Shown here: in pieces, positions 1 to 12,300 of the stretch
Numbering within the stretch: position 1 is the first letter of the stretch
Layout of the letters: every line of letters starts with the position of its first letter
Origin: Cycas panzhihuaensis
Taxonomy: Eukaryota > Plantae > Cycadophyta
NCBI GenBank assembly: GCA_023213395.1
Contig: CM041465.1
Location: forward strand, 195,803,741 to 195,867,740
Length of the DNA stretch: 64,000 nucleotides
Direction of reading: 5' to 3'
Program-made: the position numbers and the translations under genes
The notes under the pieces: generated by a model
Told to the model about the DNA's origin: nothing
Seen by the model: only the letters and a program-made list of their open reading frames with translations
Databases searched by the model: none

Positions 1-2168
1 TTTTTGAAGCATAAAGGCCTAAATCTTCCACTGCAAATAGCACAACCTGATCCGGATAATATTAAGCACGAAAAGGCAAAAATTAAGGAAGCACAGAGAA
101 GGGCACAACAAAGATAAGTTAGTTCAAAATTAAAATTTTCAAAATTTTGGGGTGGGGGGGGGGGGGGGGGCGCTGTGGGATGGAAGACGAAGGTGGAGGA
201 AATTTTGAAATTTTTGAACGAGTGGCATCACTCGTTAAATTTGCCATAGGAGAGATGTGTGTGGGAAAAAAGAACACACAATTTCAAAGAATAAACAAAG
301 AATTTTGATAGTAATTGGTCATACCAAGTGTGACCAACAGTGCGACCTGCTGCGACCAAGAGTACATCTTGATAATCTGATTATAATGTAAATGATAAAT
401 CCGACGGCTGAAATTGGCCAATTAATGGTTTAAGCAGTTACGTGATAGATGACAATTATAATCAAATACATAATGTAACCAAAGTGGCTAAGTGAAATAG
501 CCGCACCTTAAATAAGGATGTGTGTGTAGATTAGGAATCTCTTTGTTCTCTCTGCTTGCTGTCTGCACTGCAGGCCCTTATGTTGCACACTGCTCTGACC
601 TGCATCTGGTTGTTAGAGGACCAGATGCAGGGCCTTCATAATAATGAAGTTTGGCTCACATGTTCAATCATGTGATCTTGTGTTGTCAATTTTGCTATGA
701 TTCTTCTTATGAATCAATATAGGTAGAAAGGGTGCCACACAGTACATACTTATACAGTGAGTCACTAACATAAATAGGGTTAGGATTAGTGACTAACATT
801 TAATGTGAGTTAACCTAACATGAAATTACAATGACTAACATAAAGTTACAATGACTAATATAATGCTACAAGTATTAATAAAATATAGGAGATGACATTA
901 TATTCTAACAGGGCTAAACAAATAAATACTTTGAATTGATTGTGCTTCTTGTTTGTTCATGGTTATGTTGTGTTGTGAAATTAGTTGTACATATCTAAAT
1001 ATATTGTACACTGGACAAATAATCTGAAGCAAAGATAAAAATTCGGCCTTAACATGTCATAAGGCATAAGGCATGTTGCAGAGTCATATATGCACGAAAC
1101 TCCACAGGCTTTTCCATCTGTTTCATGGGATGTGTATCAAAGTGTAGTCTCCAAAACACAAATACAGTTGAGAATCCGACTATAGCTTCCAAAACAGACA
1201 CAAGATTGAGAATACAAGATCATATAGAAAGGTTATACAAAATTAGCAACTGTATATTACTAATCAGGGGAAAAATAGTATGCAGAAAATCAGGGCATAT
1301 GTTCTGCATTTGAAATCTGAAACTGTGGCAATGCGCACTGACATCTAATTCAATAGAGGTGTTCCTTACACCATTACCTTTTATTTGACAGCTTGTGCAT
1401 CTGCAATGGGTAAGTTGCACCATCTGGAATATGGTTGTCAAAAGAGTTCTAAAGCTGAAATTTCTTAGTTCACCTGAGTTCTGGGTTATTACTCTGGCCC
1501 AGATCATATTTGAAGGCAAAGGAATGCACTTGCCATTATTAGCTTCAGAAAAAACACAGAGTGAATTCCGAGTTGCATTCACAAAGTTGTATCCTTTGAG
1601 ATGAATGGTCAAACGTGCCAAAATTAGGTCATTTTAATGATTGGCTGCAATTTCCTGATTGCAAGGAATGAGTTTCAGTTTTCCAATTGCAATAATTCAG
1701 CAACAGTTGTCCATTTGCAACTCTTAACCTGCAAAGTTTTAGATGTGTCTCTCCCATCGTAGGTGGTTTACCAAAAAATTGAAAAAAGGAGGGTACTAAG
1801 GTATCTGGGTGCTGGTCACATATTGCTATAAGGACTCTAAGGTTTGAATCGGAAAATGATTAATACTCAATTACAATGTGTTTTCTGCTCTTTATCATTA
1901 AATATATCTGTAGGCCTCTTTTGTATGTCTGGAATGTGCAATTTGAGAAAAGAAACACAAAATCAACTTACCTATTTGAATTGAATAACTATTTAAAGCA
2001 AATTCAAACCAGATATCTTATTTCCAAGTTTGGCTAACTATGACCCGTGTTAGCAATTAATTTCAAGTGGATAGTAATTATTGTCATAATCTTTAAAAAA
2101 CAAAATTCATTACAATCTGCGCTTCCCAAATTTCCCTCTCATAATACCACTAGGTATGAAAGTCATAC

Positions 2169-2221
2169 CTCTTGTCGTCCAATAAAGCCCTTCTGCTTGA
2201 GATCATAAAGTTGGAAGGAAA
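2169..2221 (-). CDS. CBL3: CBL exon, 53 bp, EF-hand 3 (FSFQLYDLKQKGFIGRQE)
   Basis: tatttcag|TTTCCTTCCAA...CAAGAG|gtatga; completes the phase-1 codon from the previous exon. Confidence 0.95.
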
Positions 2222-2254
2222 CTGAAATACACCACAAACAACCAGAATTAATAT

Positions 2255-2690
2255 ATTTCAATTTTATCCATAACTATTGCATAACTATCTACTTATACTA
2301 ATAAACAATCCAAAGACTGGACAAGCATCAGAAAGCCAACCAAATGAGTTTCTGCATCATCATGTGCTTTAGGCACTCCTTTAATCCCTAACTTCATGGC
2401 ATCCAAATCTTCGAAAAGTACTTTTACAGTTAATGATGACTCCTCAACAAGGTTCCAATACTCTTCTTGAATTTTATCCGATAACTACTGCATAATTATC
2501 TACTTATACTAATCAGAAATCCAAAGACTGAACAAGCATCAAAAGGCCAACCATATGAATCTCCATGTCATCATATGCTTCAGGCACATCTTTGGTCCAT
2601 GCCTTCATGGCATCCTCAGACAAGAAAAATGCATTCGCAGTTAATGATAAATCCTTGGCAAAGTTTATCATATTCTTCTTCAAGCCCTTT
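2255..2690. repeat. Old tandem duplication, two units of about 211 bp
   Basis: attttatccataactattgcataactatctacttatactaat (~2260) recurs as attttatccgataactactgcataattatctacttatactaat (~2471). Similarity continues through ccaaagactg, acaagcatca, ttcatggcatcc and cagttaatga. Confidence 0.85.
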
Positions 2691-4430
2691 GAGTTCCTTA
2701 ACAATTGTATGTTTTCAACATACTTAATGCCTCTGTATCATCCACGCCACTTTTGCCATCTTGCTACCAGTTCTTACCATCTTACTAGATTTTGCACTCC
2801 ACTGTATCACTTTGACATATTCTGGGTTCCGATGATTTAAGCCCCCATTTTCATGATTGCTTCCTGAAGCTCATCTGACACTCTATCCTTCCAATACCTG
2901 AAGCTATTGTATGCATCAGTACTTTTGTCTACTGACCCAGCCCATTTGTCAATGAATTTCTTGAAACAAACTACATTCTATTCTTTTGCTAGCCACTCAA
3001 GAAAATCTTAGACTAGCAGCTTTTGGAAATGTTTGAGCCCTTGCCTTTTCCATTTTACCCACCCCAGTTCCTTCCCATTCTAACTACCCGACTTCTATTG
3101 GGTTTGCAGGCAAAACAATCATTGGGCATTGTTTGAAAAGCAACCCCACAATATTGTAATGTGTTGGAAAATAAGGACCCTTTCTGATCCCCTCCAATTG
3201 TTGGTTGAAATTGTGGCTGTTTTCCAGACAACAATCACAACATAACCCTGATGGTGGTTTGTTGAATGTAATCATACAACCAAATAGGGAAGTTGATATG
3301 AGGATGCCCAAATATAATTGCAGTTTGCTAAGCAGAAGCAAGTAATTTACAGGAATTCAACACTTCAAATCAAACAGTGGAGAACAATAAAGAGCTGAAA
3401 AACTTTTCTGATCATTTTATTATGCGGAACAAGGTACAATTTTATACAAAGAAAAGAGCAGTTCTGTCAAGTAACTAACTATAGTTAACCCTAACTAACA
3501 AGAAGCACCCCACATCTCGGCACAGTGGAACGTGTAACCTGCCTGCTGCCCCATTCAACTACACTTGTTCCTGTAATCCATAGCCTAACGGAACATAGCA
3601 GCGAGGGGCAACCCATACTAAGCAGCCAGCGGGGAAGAATGGCACTTCTAGCATGGCAAAGACTGTCTGGCGAAAACGCCGCAGACGTGAAGCGTGGTAG
3701 GCCTGCGCCAAGAGCATAGAAAGGAAAAGAAGCCTTTTTGCGGAGAGGGGGAACTGGAGGAGGGGAGCCCGGACGGTGAAACAGGGAGGGGAGGCCAGGT
3801 CATTTGATGGAAATGGAAAGGCCAGAAATGGATCAGAATAAAGGGTCGATTCCTCTTTTTCCAAGCTGAAGAAGGAAATGAACCCTTACTAAATAACCTT
3901 AATTCAGATTATATTAACTAACTCTAACTAAGATCACATTAACTAATCCTAAGCAGATAATGGTGGACTTGGTATATGGTTCTTATCTATAGATCTGATA
4001 TTCACCCTATCTTAGAACATTAGAGCATTTAGAGTCTATATCCACCCTTGGATCTAACATCACTATTGGGGATCTGTCGATCGCACTAGAGCACAGATTT
4101 GAGAGCTCGCCGAAGATGCTTCCCCCCTCTCATTCTTTATTGGCAAAACTATAATTCTATTGGAATACATAATATCATCACATATATAATGTTTAATGTA
4201 AAATAGTGGGCCCACACAAAATTCCACTCCCTAAAAGCATTGATAGATGTGATATGCATGATTATTTATGTATAAGTTAACCAGTGTCATTTGCTGGGTT
4301 AAGTTATTAATTATATTAAATACAAGAAATTGTAGCCTAAGATACATATCGTTTCCTCCCCCCTCTTTACGAACAAATTATCCCCAATTTCCAAAACTCG
4401 TCAAGATGCGAAAAAATAAATATATGTCCA

Positions 4431-4762
4431 TGTTGGAATTGCTGAGCCTTCAGCAAGACTCATACATAACAATATTTGCTGCAAATCACATTGTATTCAC
4501 ATCAAAAAGCACATTTCACAATTACAATTTATAACTTGCAATCTATAGTAGAATTGCTAGGTATAGGAATTAGTATTCTATTGCAACTCTACCATTAATT
4601 TAGTACATATAATTAACCCTACCACATGTTTCCTTTTATGCTAATCACATAGGCAAATCTTATTACAAGCCATGTGTCCTGCCACCTAGACTTATACTTT
4701 GACTAATAATTTGTACAATAAACTTCATAAATAAGTCTTATTATTTCTAACAACCCCCCCCT
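4431..4762 (-). mobile_element. Isolated 3' LTR with polypurine tract, from a truncated copia-like element
   Basis: Bounded by tgttggaa (4431) and ttctaaca (4752), followed by a C-run that reads as a G-rich PPT on the minus strand. Confidence 0.5.
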
Positions 4763-4849
4763 CTGGTAAACACTCTCTCAACAGGAGGACACACTGCAAA
4801 TATATCATTCAACACCTTACGTAGGCCACCTTCTTCAGTAGGAGCAAAG

Positions 4850-7800
4850 AAGCAAAAGATATGAAGATGCACAGGATTTGGAGGAAGCCTTCATATCCAG
4901 ACTAAGGATTAGAGGCAAAGGCTAAGCTCAAAGCAAATCCAAAGGACAAGCAAGATCTGCAGGAGGGAGAATTGAAGACTCAAGATCATGTTACTATTGT
5001 GGAAGACCAGGTCACTTAGCCAAAGATTGCTATCATAAGAGGGTCGACATTATTCAAGGGAAAAGACCTGTAGGAAATTCCAACAGAGAGACTAGAAAAG
5101 AAGATGAAGAAGAAGAAACTGCATCTGTCATTACCCTGGCTTCTAGTGTCAAATCCTGTGAAGGTTGGTTTGTTGACTTAGGGGCTATTCATCATATGAA
5201 TACCAGAAGAGATTGGTCTGTAACCTTGTGCCCACATACTCTAAGTAATACAATGGAACTGAGAGATGATCCAATACTTAGTATAGAAGGTGAGGGCACC
5301 ATTATTGTGAAGATAAAAAATAAAAAGAAGACCATTAGAGACATTTTGTTAGTCCCTAACTTGAAAAAGAATCTTTTGTCAGTATCACAACTAACAAAGA
5401 AGAAAAATTTGCTTGTAATTTTTGATGGTGATAGATGCTACATTCTAGACAAAAAGGATAATTATCATGTAATTGTTAAAGGTGTGGAAAATAACAAGCT
5501 TTGCAAGTTAGATTCCACACGTCTAACCTAGTCTGTTCCTTTGGCTATAAATATTGGTGAGACTTTTGATAATAATAAGATACGGCATTCTCGATATGGG
5601 CATATTTCCAATGATTGATTAGAAAAACTTCAGAAATTCATTATGGTAATTGCCTTACCTAATATCTCCTCATAAGAAAATGTATGTGAAGAATGTTTAT
5701 TAGGGAAGCAACAAAAGGCCAAATTTTAGCAATCCTCTTGGAGAGCCCAAAAACCCTTGGAGTTGATTCACAATGATCTATGCGGACCCATCTCTCTTGT
5801 TTCAGTAAATGGTGCCAAGTACTTCCTTACTTTCATTGATGATTGTAATAGGAAAACATGGGTATATTTTATCAAAAAGAAGTCTAAAGCATTTGATATC
5901 TTCAAGGAATTCAAGGCACATATAGAAGTAGAAAGTGAAAAATGGACTAAAATTCTGAGAATTGATAGGAAAGGAGAATATACATCCAACAGTTTCTATA
6001 AATGCTACAAAGCCCATGGTGCTTGCAGGCAGCTCACAACAGCTTACACCCCTTAGCCAAATGGGATAGCTAAAAGAATGAACAGGTCAATAACTGAGAT
6101 GGCTAAGTGCTTGCTTAAAGAAAAAGGAGCTGCAAACATTTATTGGGCTGAAGTAGTCAACATTATTGTCTATGTAATCAACAGAAGCCCCACGAGGGCT
6201 CTGAAAGAAGTCACACCTGAAGAAGCATGGACAGGAAGAAAGCCAAATGTAAGTCACAAAAGAGATTTTAGGTGTACTGCATATGTCCACATTCTAACCG
6301 AAAAAAGGATAAAACTAGATGACAAATGGATCATGGTAGGATACAACAACAAGTCAAAAGGTTGCAAATGCATTGATACAAAGACAAACAAACTACACGT
6401 TAATAGGGATGTGACCCTCGATGAATCAGCTTCAGAAACCAATCTTTAAAAGATTAAAAATAAAAGGTCTATTCAAGAAGAAGATCCAAATCACGAAGAA
6501 GTCTCCCAACAATCAGCATCTCAAGAAGTAAAAGCATCTGAAACATCTCCTTCAAGAGACAACAATTCAGGCACAGGAGTTCAAAGAGAAAAAAGAATAC
6601 CAAAATGGTATCTTAAAACTCTAGAAGAATCAAAAGAGGAAATTTTTGAACACAAGACCAGGCTACAAGAACAAGAAGATATAATATGCAATATAGAGCC
6701 TACAAACTATAAGGAAGCTTGTGAAAGCCAAGAATGGAATAAAGTAATCAGGCAAGAACTCCGTACCATAAAAAAAAACCATGATACATGGGAATTGGGA
6801 CCTCCACCATTAGGAAAACCCATATTCAGATGCAAATGGGTATTTAAAATCATAGAAAGACAAGATGGTAGTATTGAGAAATACAAAGCTCGTCTGGTTG
6901 CAAAAAGGTATACTCAAATAGCAGGTATAGACTATGAAGAAACCTTTGCACCAGTCGCAAAGATGATCACCATAAGAACTATTATAACTAACAACTCAAT
7001 TCAAATGGAAAACAATTCAAATGGATGTCAAAAGTGCCTTCTTGAATAGGGACTTGACTGAAGAACTATATATGGAACAACCTTTAGGCTACATCAAAAA
7101 GGGGCAAGAACACCGTGTGTGCAAACTCAAAAAGGCATTGTATGGATTAAAAGAAGCACCAAGAGCATGATATAATACTGTATCTGATTCACATTTATGT
7201 GAATCAGATATAGTATTATATGTAAAAATTGGATCAAAAGGTATGATTACAATAATTGTGGTATATGTTGATGATCTGATGATAACTGGTAATGATAATA
7301 AAACTATCAAATGGGCAAAGCAGCAAATGGAAGAGAAGTTTGAAATATCCAACATGGGGCCATTACATTATTACTTAGGTATAATGTAAGCCAAAGAAGA
7401 CAGGACATTCCTCTCTCAGTCAAAGTATGCCAAAAGTCTTCTCAAGAAGTTTAAAATGGAAGACTATAACCCTTGTGCCACTCCCATGGAATCAGGATGT
7501 GATCTTAATTCAAATGATGAAAGAAAAAGAGTGGATGAAACTCTTTACAGGCAACTAGTAGGAAGCCTCATCTACTTAACGACTATCAGACTAGACATCT
7601 CATTCTCTATTGGAGTAATCTCAAGATTCATGAGTGCCCCAAAAGTCTCACACTAGAATGCAACAAAGCACATTCTAAGATACATCAAGGGTACATCTGA
7701 CTTTGGGTTGAAATAGTCAAAAATAGCAATCCCATCCTAGCTAGATACTGTGATTCAAATTGGGCTAGAGAAAAGCAAGAAAGAAAATCTACCTCAGGAT

Positions 7801-8521
7801 ACTGCTTTAATCTTGGATTTGTAACAATTTCATGGGGCAGCAAGAAGCAGCCAACCATTGCTTTTCCATCCACTGAGGCAGAATATAAGGCAGTAGTAAG
7901 TGCCACTTGTGAAGCAGTCTGGTTCAAACAACTTCTCAAAGATCTCAAGCAAGAAAGAATTAGACCAGTAACAATTCATTGTGGCAATCAAACTGTTATC
8001 AAATTGACTAAAAATCCAATTTTTCATCCACAAACAAAGCATATAGAAGTGTATCATCATTTTATCCGAGAAAAAGTGTAGGCTAAGGAAATAAACTTAC
8101 AGTACTACTACAATGATGAATAAATTGTTCATATTTTTACAAAGTCCTTGTGCAAAGACAAGTTTCAATACTTCAAAAAACTTTTAGGAATTTGTACACA
8201 GGGATAAAACATTAAGGGGGGGATGTTAGAGCTAATGTTTTATGTTATTTTATGTTATAGCTAGAATTAAGCGATAACTCCCTCTTCACTAGGTGCACTG
8301 ACCTCCTTCTCTTTATTAAAAAGTGTGAACTGCTTAGTAGAAGGATTATGTGATGCCACATGGCACTCCCTTAAGGGACTCTATATCATTTATAAATGAG
8401 TATAAGTATGTATGTAAGTGATCTCTTACACAATAAGGAAGAATACTCTTAGAGCATTAAATTATCTAAGTCACACCTCTGTTCTAAGTCTGTCTACATT
8501 GCATGCACAATTTCATTAACA
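4850..8521 (+). mobile_element. Decayed Ty1/copia retrotransposon (gag knuckle-PR-INT-RT-RNase H, 3' LTR 8224-8521)
   Basis: CYYCGRPGHLAKDC knuckle (~4990), ELIHNDLCGP, YFLTFIDD, CKWVFK..YKARLVAK, YVDDL. PPT ttaagggggggga precedes tgttag...ttaaca. Many stops and frameshifts; no 5' LTR seen. Confidence 0.92.
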
Positions 8522-9396
8522 GGTCGACAACAATCAAGTCATGCTGCCATATCAAACCACTAAAGCAATTTCAAGTAGCAATTGTTAATGGTAATATTGT
8601 GCCAGCATCCCTTCATCTATATCGAAAAGCAATCAAATGGTTTCACCGGTGGAGCAAGGATTATCAAGGAACGCTTCACTACAACTAGGACTTTCTCAAA
8701 ATCTCATTCATAAATCAATAAGAGGACTCTTGGAATAGAGATTACTTCTCCCAATTAACACTTGGAATACAGATTACTTCTCCCAATTAACATGTTTACA
8801 ACAAACTAGCACTATCCAACCTTGCACATAAGAATTTCAAAATCTACAAAACATGTTGACCTCCAAAATCGACCCTAGTTTAATACTTGAAGCATATATA
8901 GAGGGGCTCAAGGGGACTATCAAGTTCTTTTTTAAAACATTAGGTGTAGAGACTCTAAGGAAGACAATCAGGCAAGCATGTAATATATAAGAAAAATTCA
9001 AGGAAACATCCCAAAGTTATGTTTGTTAAGATGGGTGCTCTAGACCTATGGGATAAGGAAGCAAACCAAATTGGTGCCAATCAGGGAACAAGGCCAACCC
9101 ACCACCTAGGGAAAAGAAAGAAAGCAAACCTACGAAAGGCAAGTTAACAAAGGAAGACGACATTCAAAATGGGACATGTTTTGACTACAATGACAAAAGG
9201 AGTCACAATTATAAATGTCCAACAAAGAAAGTCTTTATGCTTAATAATGAAGAAATAGGCATACCGGTACAAGATAAGCAACCACAAGAGGTCTAATCAT
9301 CAAAGGAGGATGAAGCAGAAAGAAGAGAGTTACTCGATAAAAGAAGCCTTGAGAATGTATAAATATCACTTCAGGCAATCTCTAGAATACTAAATA
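8522..9396 (+). mobile_element. Gypsy gag remnant of the same family as the adjacent chromoviruses
   Basis: LHLYRKAIKWFHRW and DYFSQLT motifs are homologous to gag at 13561-14490 and 31600-31899; includes a 31-bp tandem duplication near 8730-8792. Confidence 0.75.
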
Positions 9397-12300
9397 TGCA
9401 ACAATCTAACAACTTTGTTTATAGGATTTATGAATAGAAGACTCCCAAAAACAAATAACAATCCAAAGATATACTAGCAAAAAGGAAAATTGCAACAATA
9501 TATAATGAACAATAACCACTAAATAATCTCACAAGTTCAAAAAATAAAATGCATGAAAAGATAGCCAATAGAATACATACAAGTTACCAAGTACTCCTAC
9601 AAGTTCTATTGAAATAAATGGTCCCTCTTCAAGGCGAGGTGCCCTCCACAATTGTTGCCCTAAGGCCGAAATTACAGCAATCCAAGCTCTTCCTCTTGAT
9701 GATCCAAATGATGCCCATAACCACCCTTAAATAGGCAGCCAAAATCTATAAAAGGAAGTCTACTAGAAAAGTTATAAAAACTGTTCTTAACAAGAATAAG
9801 AAGTCGGCCAGAAACTCCTCTAAAAATAGGTACTTAAATGTCTTCACGGAAGTTGGTTTTTTTTCCTCATCAGGAGATCGTCCAAACAACCTTTCTAAAT
9901 ATTTGGAATGCTACAAGTCCCTCCCCTTGAAAGCATGCTTTTCCCTCAAAGCACAGGTGGTAAGTGTGGATACTGCAAAAGCCATTTTTCTATTTCCCAA
10001 GTGGTGTCGTTATCCCCTACTTTCCATTTTATAAGATATTCCTTGATTTCTCTACAGCAGAGTCTTTTGGTACCTACATGTAGAATACCTTCTAGCTCTA
10101 CTACGATTTTTCCTTTGTCGTCCAATATAAGTAGGTCTAGCTAAGGCAAAACATCTTCCCCAAGTTTTTGCTTGAGGCAAGAAAAATGAAATGTATTGTG
10201 GATGCGATTGGTAGGAGACATTTCCAATTGGTATGCTACTTCCCCTATTTTGGCCAAAATTTTATAGGCCCCAAAGAATTTAGGTTATAGTTTGTATCGG
10301 CTTGATTGTTTTAAGTTGGTTTGCTTGTGTGGTTGAAGGCAAAGAAATACCCAATCTCCTGGCATGAAAGTTTGTTATGTTCTGTGCAGATCAACTTCTT
10401 GTTTCATTCTATTTCCGGCCAAATTCAACTTGTCCTTTAAAATTTCCAAAATGTGTTGTATTTATTGTTGTTGCTCTTGTACAGTATGGACTTCAGATAT
10501 TTGAGTCCATTTGAGAAGTGATGGTAGTTCAAAACCATACAGGGCTTGAAAGGGTGCCATCTTGGTGGCAACATGGTACATGGTGTTATACCACCATTCA
10601 GCCAAATGAAGCCATTTATGTCATTGGTGTTGTTTATTAGCAGTGAACTTTCGCAAATATCCTTCTAGACATTTATTGACAGCCTCAATTTGCCTATTAG
10701 TTTGTGGGTGATATCCCATACTCATGTTTAGCTTGGTGCCTGCCATTTTGAATAAGTCCTGCCAAAAATTGCTTGTAAACTTTGGATCTCGATCACTTAC
10801 AATTACTTTTGGGAAGTCGTGGAGACAATAATTTTTTTTTATAAATATCTCTACTATCTGATTAGCCTTGGCAATTGTATGTGTTCCTCAAAAATGAGCA
10901 TATTTTGTCAAAAGATTTACAATCACGAAACTGGCATCCTTCTCTTCTGATTCAGGTAACCCAATGATAAAATCCAATGATATTTCTTCCCATTTTTGCT
11001 CTGGGATAGGTAGCAGCTGGAGTAACCCTGGGATTTTCAAATTTTCACTTTTGTTTCTTTGGCAGACATCACATTCAAATACGAATTTGTAAATTTCAAC
11101 TTTCATTCCTTTTTAGAAAAAGGCGTCCCCAATCCGCCGATGAGGTTTGTCAATGTCAATGTGTCCTCTGATCACCGAGCAATGTGCTCCTCTAAAATTT
11201 TTGCCTTGATGGCAGATGTTGGAATTAGTATCTTTCCTTTTCTTAAAATTAACTCTCCCTATAGATTACCCTTGGTATTGTTCCCTTTTTCGATCTCTCG
11301 CAAGGCTTCCTAAGATTGAAGGTCATTTTTATAACCGTGAACTAGCTCTTTAATCCATTCGAGTGTGATTATTGTGATGCTTCGTAAAGTGGGTGGACTT
11401 TCTTTGGAATTTTCAGCTGGAATCCTAGATAATGCATCAACAATCACGTTCTCCTTCCCCCTTTTGTAGAGAATCAAAAAATCAAAGGTTTGGAGTTTGC
11501 TCACCCATTTTTGTTGTTCATCGAAGAGTGATGCATGGCTAATAAAATATTTCAAATTGTCATGATCAGTTTCGACTATGAACTTGTTACCTAGAAGATA
11601 CTGTCGCCATTGGTGTATGGCGTGCATAATTGCCAACATTTCTTTATCATAAATCGGTTTGAGACATTCTCGATTGTTAAGCTTCCTACTTTCGTATGCC
11701 AAGGGCCAGTCTTCTTGTAAGAGAACTGCCCCTATCCCAAGTCTAGACGCATCACATTCAATCATAAATGGTTTGGGAAAATCAGGAGTTGCTAATAGGG
11801 GATCTGTGGTCATGGCTACTTTTAACTCTTGAAAAGCTCCTTCTGTCTTCTGGGTCCACATGAAAGCATCTTTGTTGGTTAGATCAGTCAATGGTGCAGC
11901 TACATGCGCATACGCTTTAATGAACCTCCATATGAACCCTGCTGCTCCTAGAAATCCACGGACCCCTATTACGTTTTTTGGCATTGGCCAGTTGATGATG
12001 GCCTAAATCTTCTTGGGATCAATCTTTACTCCCTCTGGAGTGATGATATGACCCAAGTACTCCAACTCTATTTGTCCAAACATACATTTGTTCTTGTTGG
12101 CAAAGAACTTTTGGTCTTGTAGGAGTTGAAGAATAGTCTGTATATGTCCCAAGTGTTCTTGCCAAGTCCTGCTATAAATCAAAATATCAGCAAAGAAAGC
12201 CAAAACAAATGTCCATAAGCAAGGTTTAAGAACTTGGTTCATCGTGCTCTGGAAAGCTGCAGGCGCATTGGTTAAACCAAATGGCATGACCCAGAACTCA

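Noticed and set aside
149-170. Long G run (also the C-rich tract at 55086-55136) as a functional G-quadruplex
   Set aside because: Homopolymer-like tracts in repeats are prone to slippage and base-calling error; no other support.
599-631. 12-bp stem hairpin cctgcatctggt/accagatgcagg as a miRNA or terminator
   Set aside because: Too short for a plant pre-miRNA and within repeat-like sequence.
1125-1621. 133-aa Cys-containing ORF as a transposase zinc finger
   Set aside because: No SWIM, BED or DDE spacing could be matched, and the start is non-ATG.
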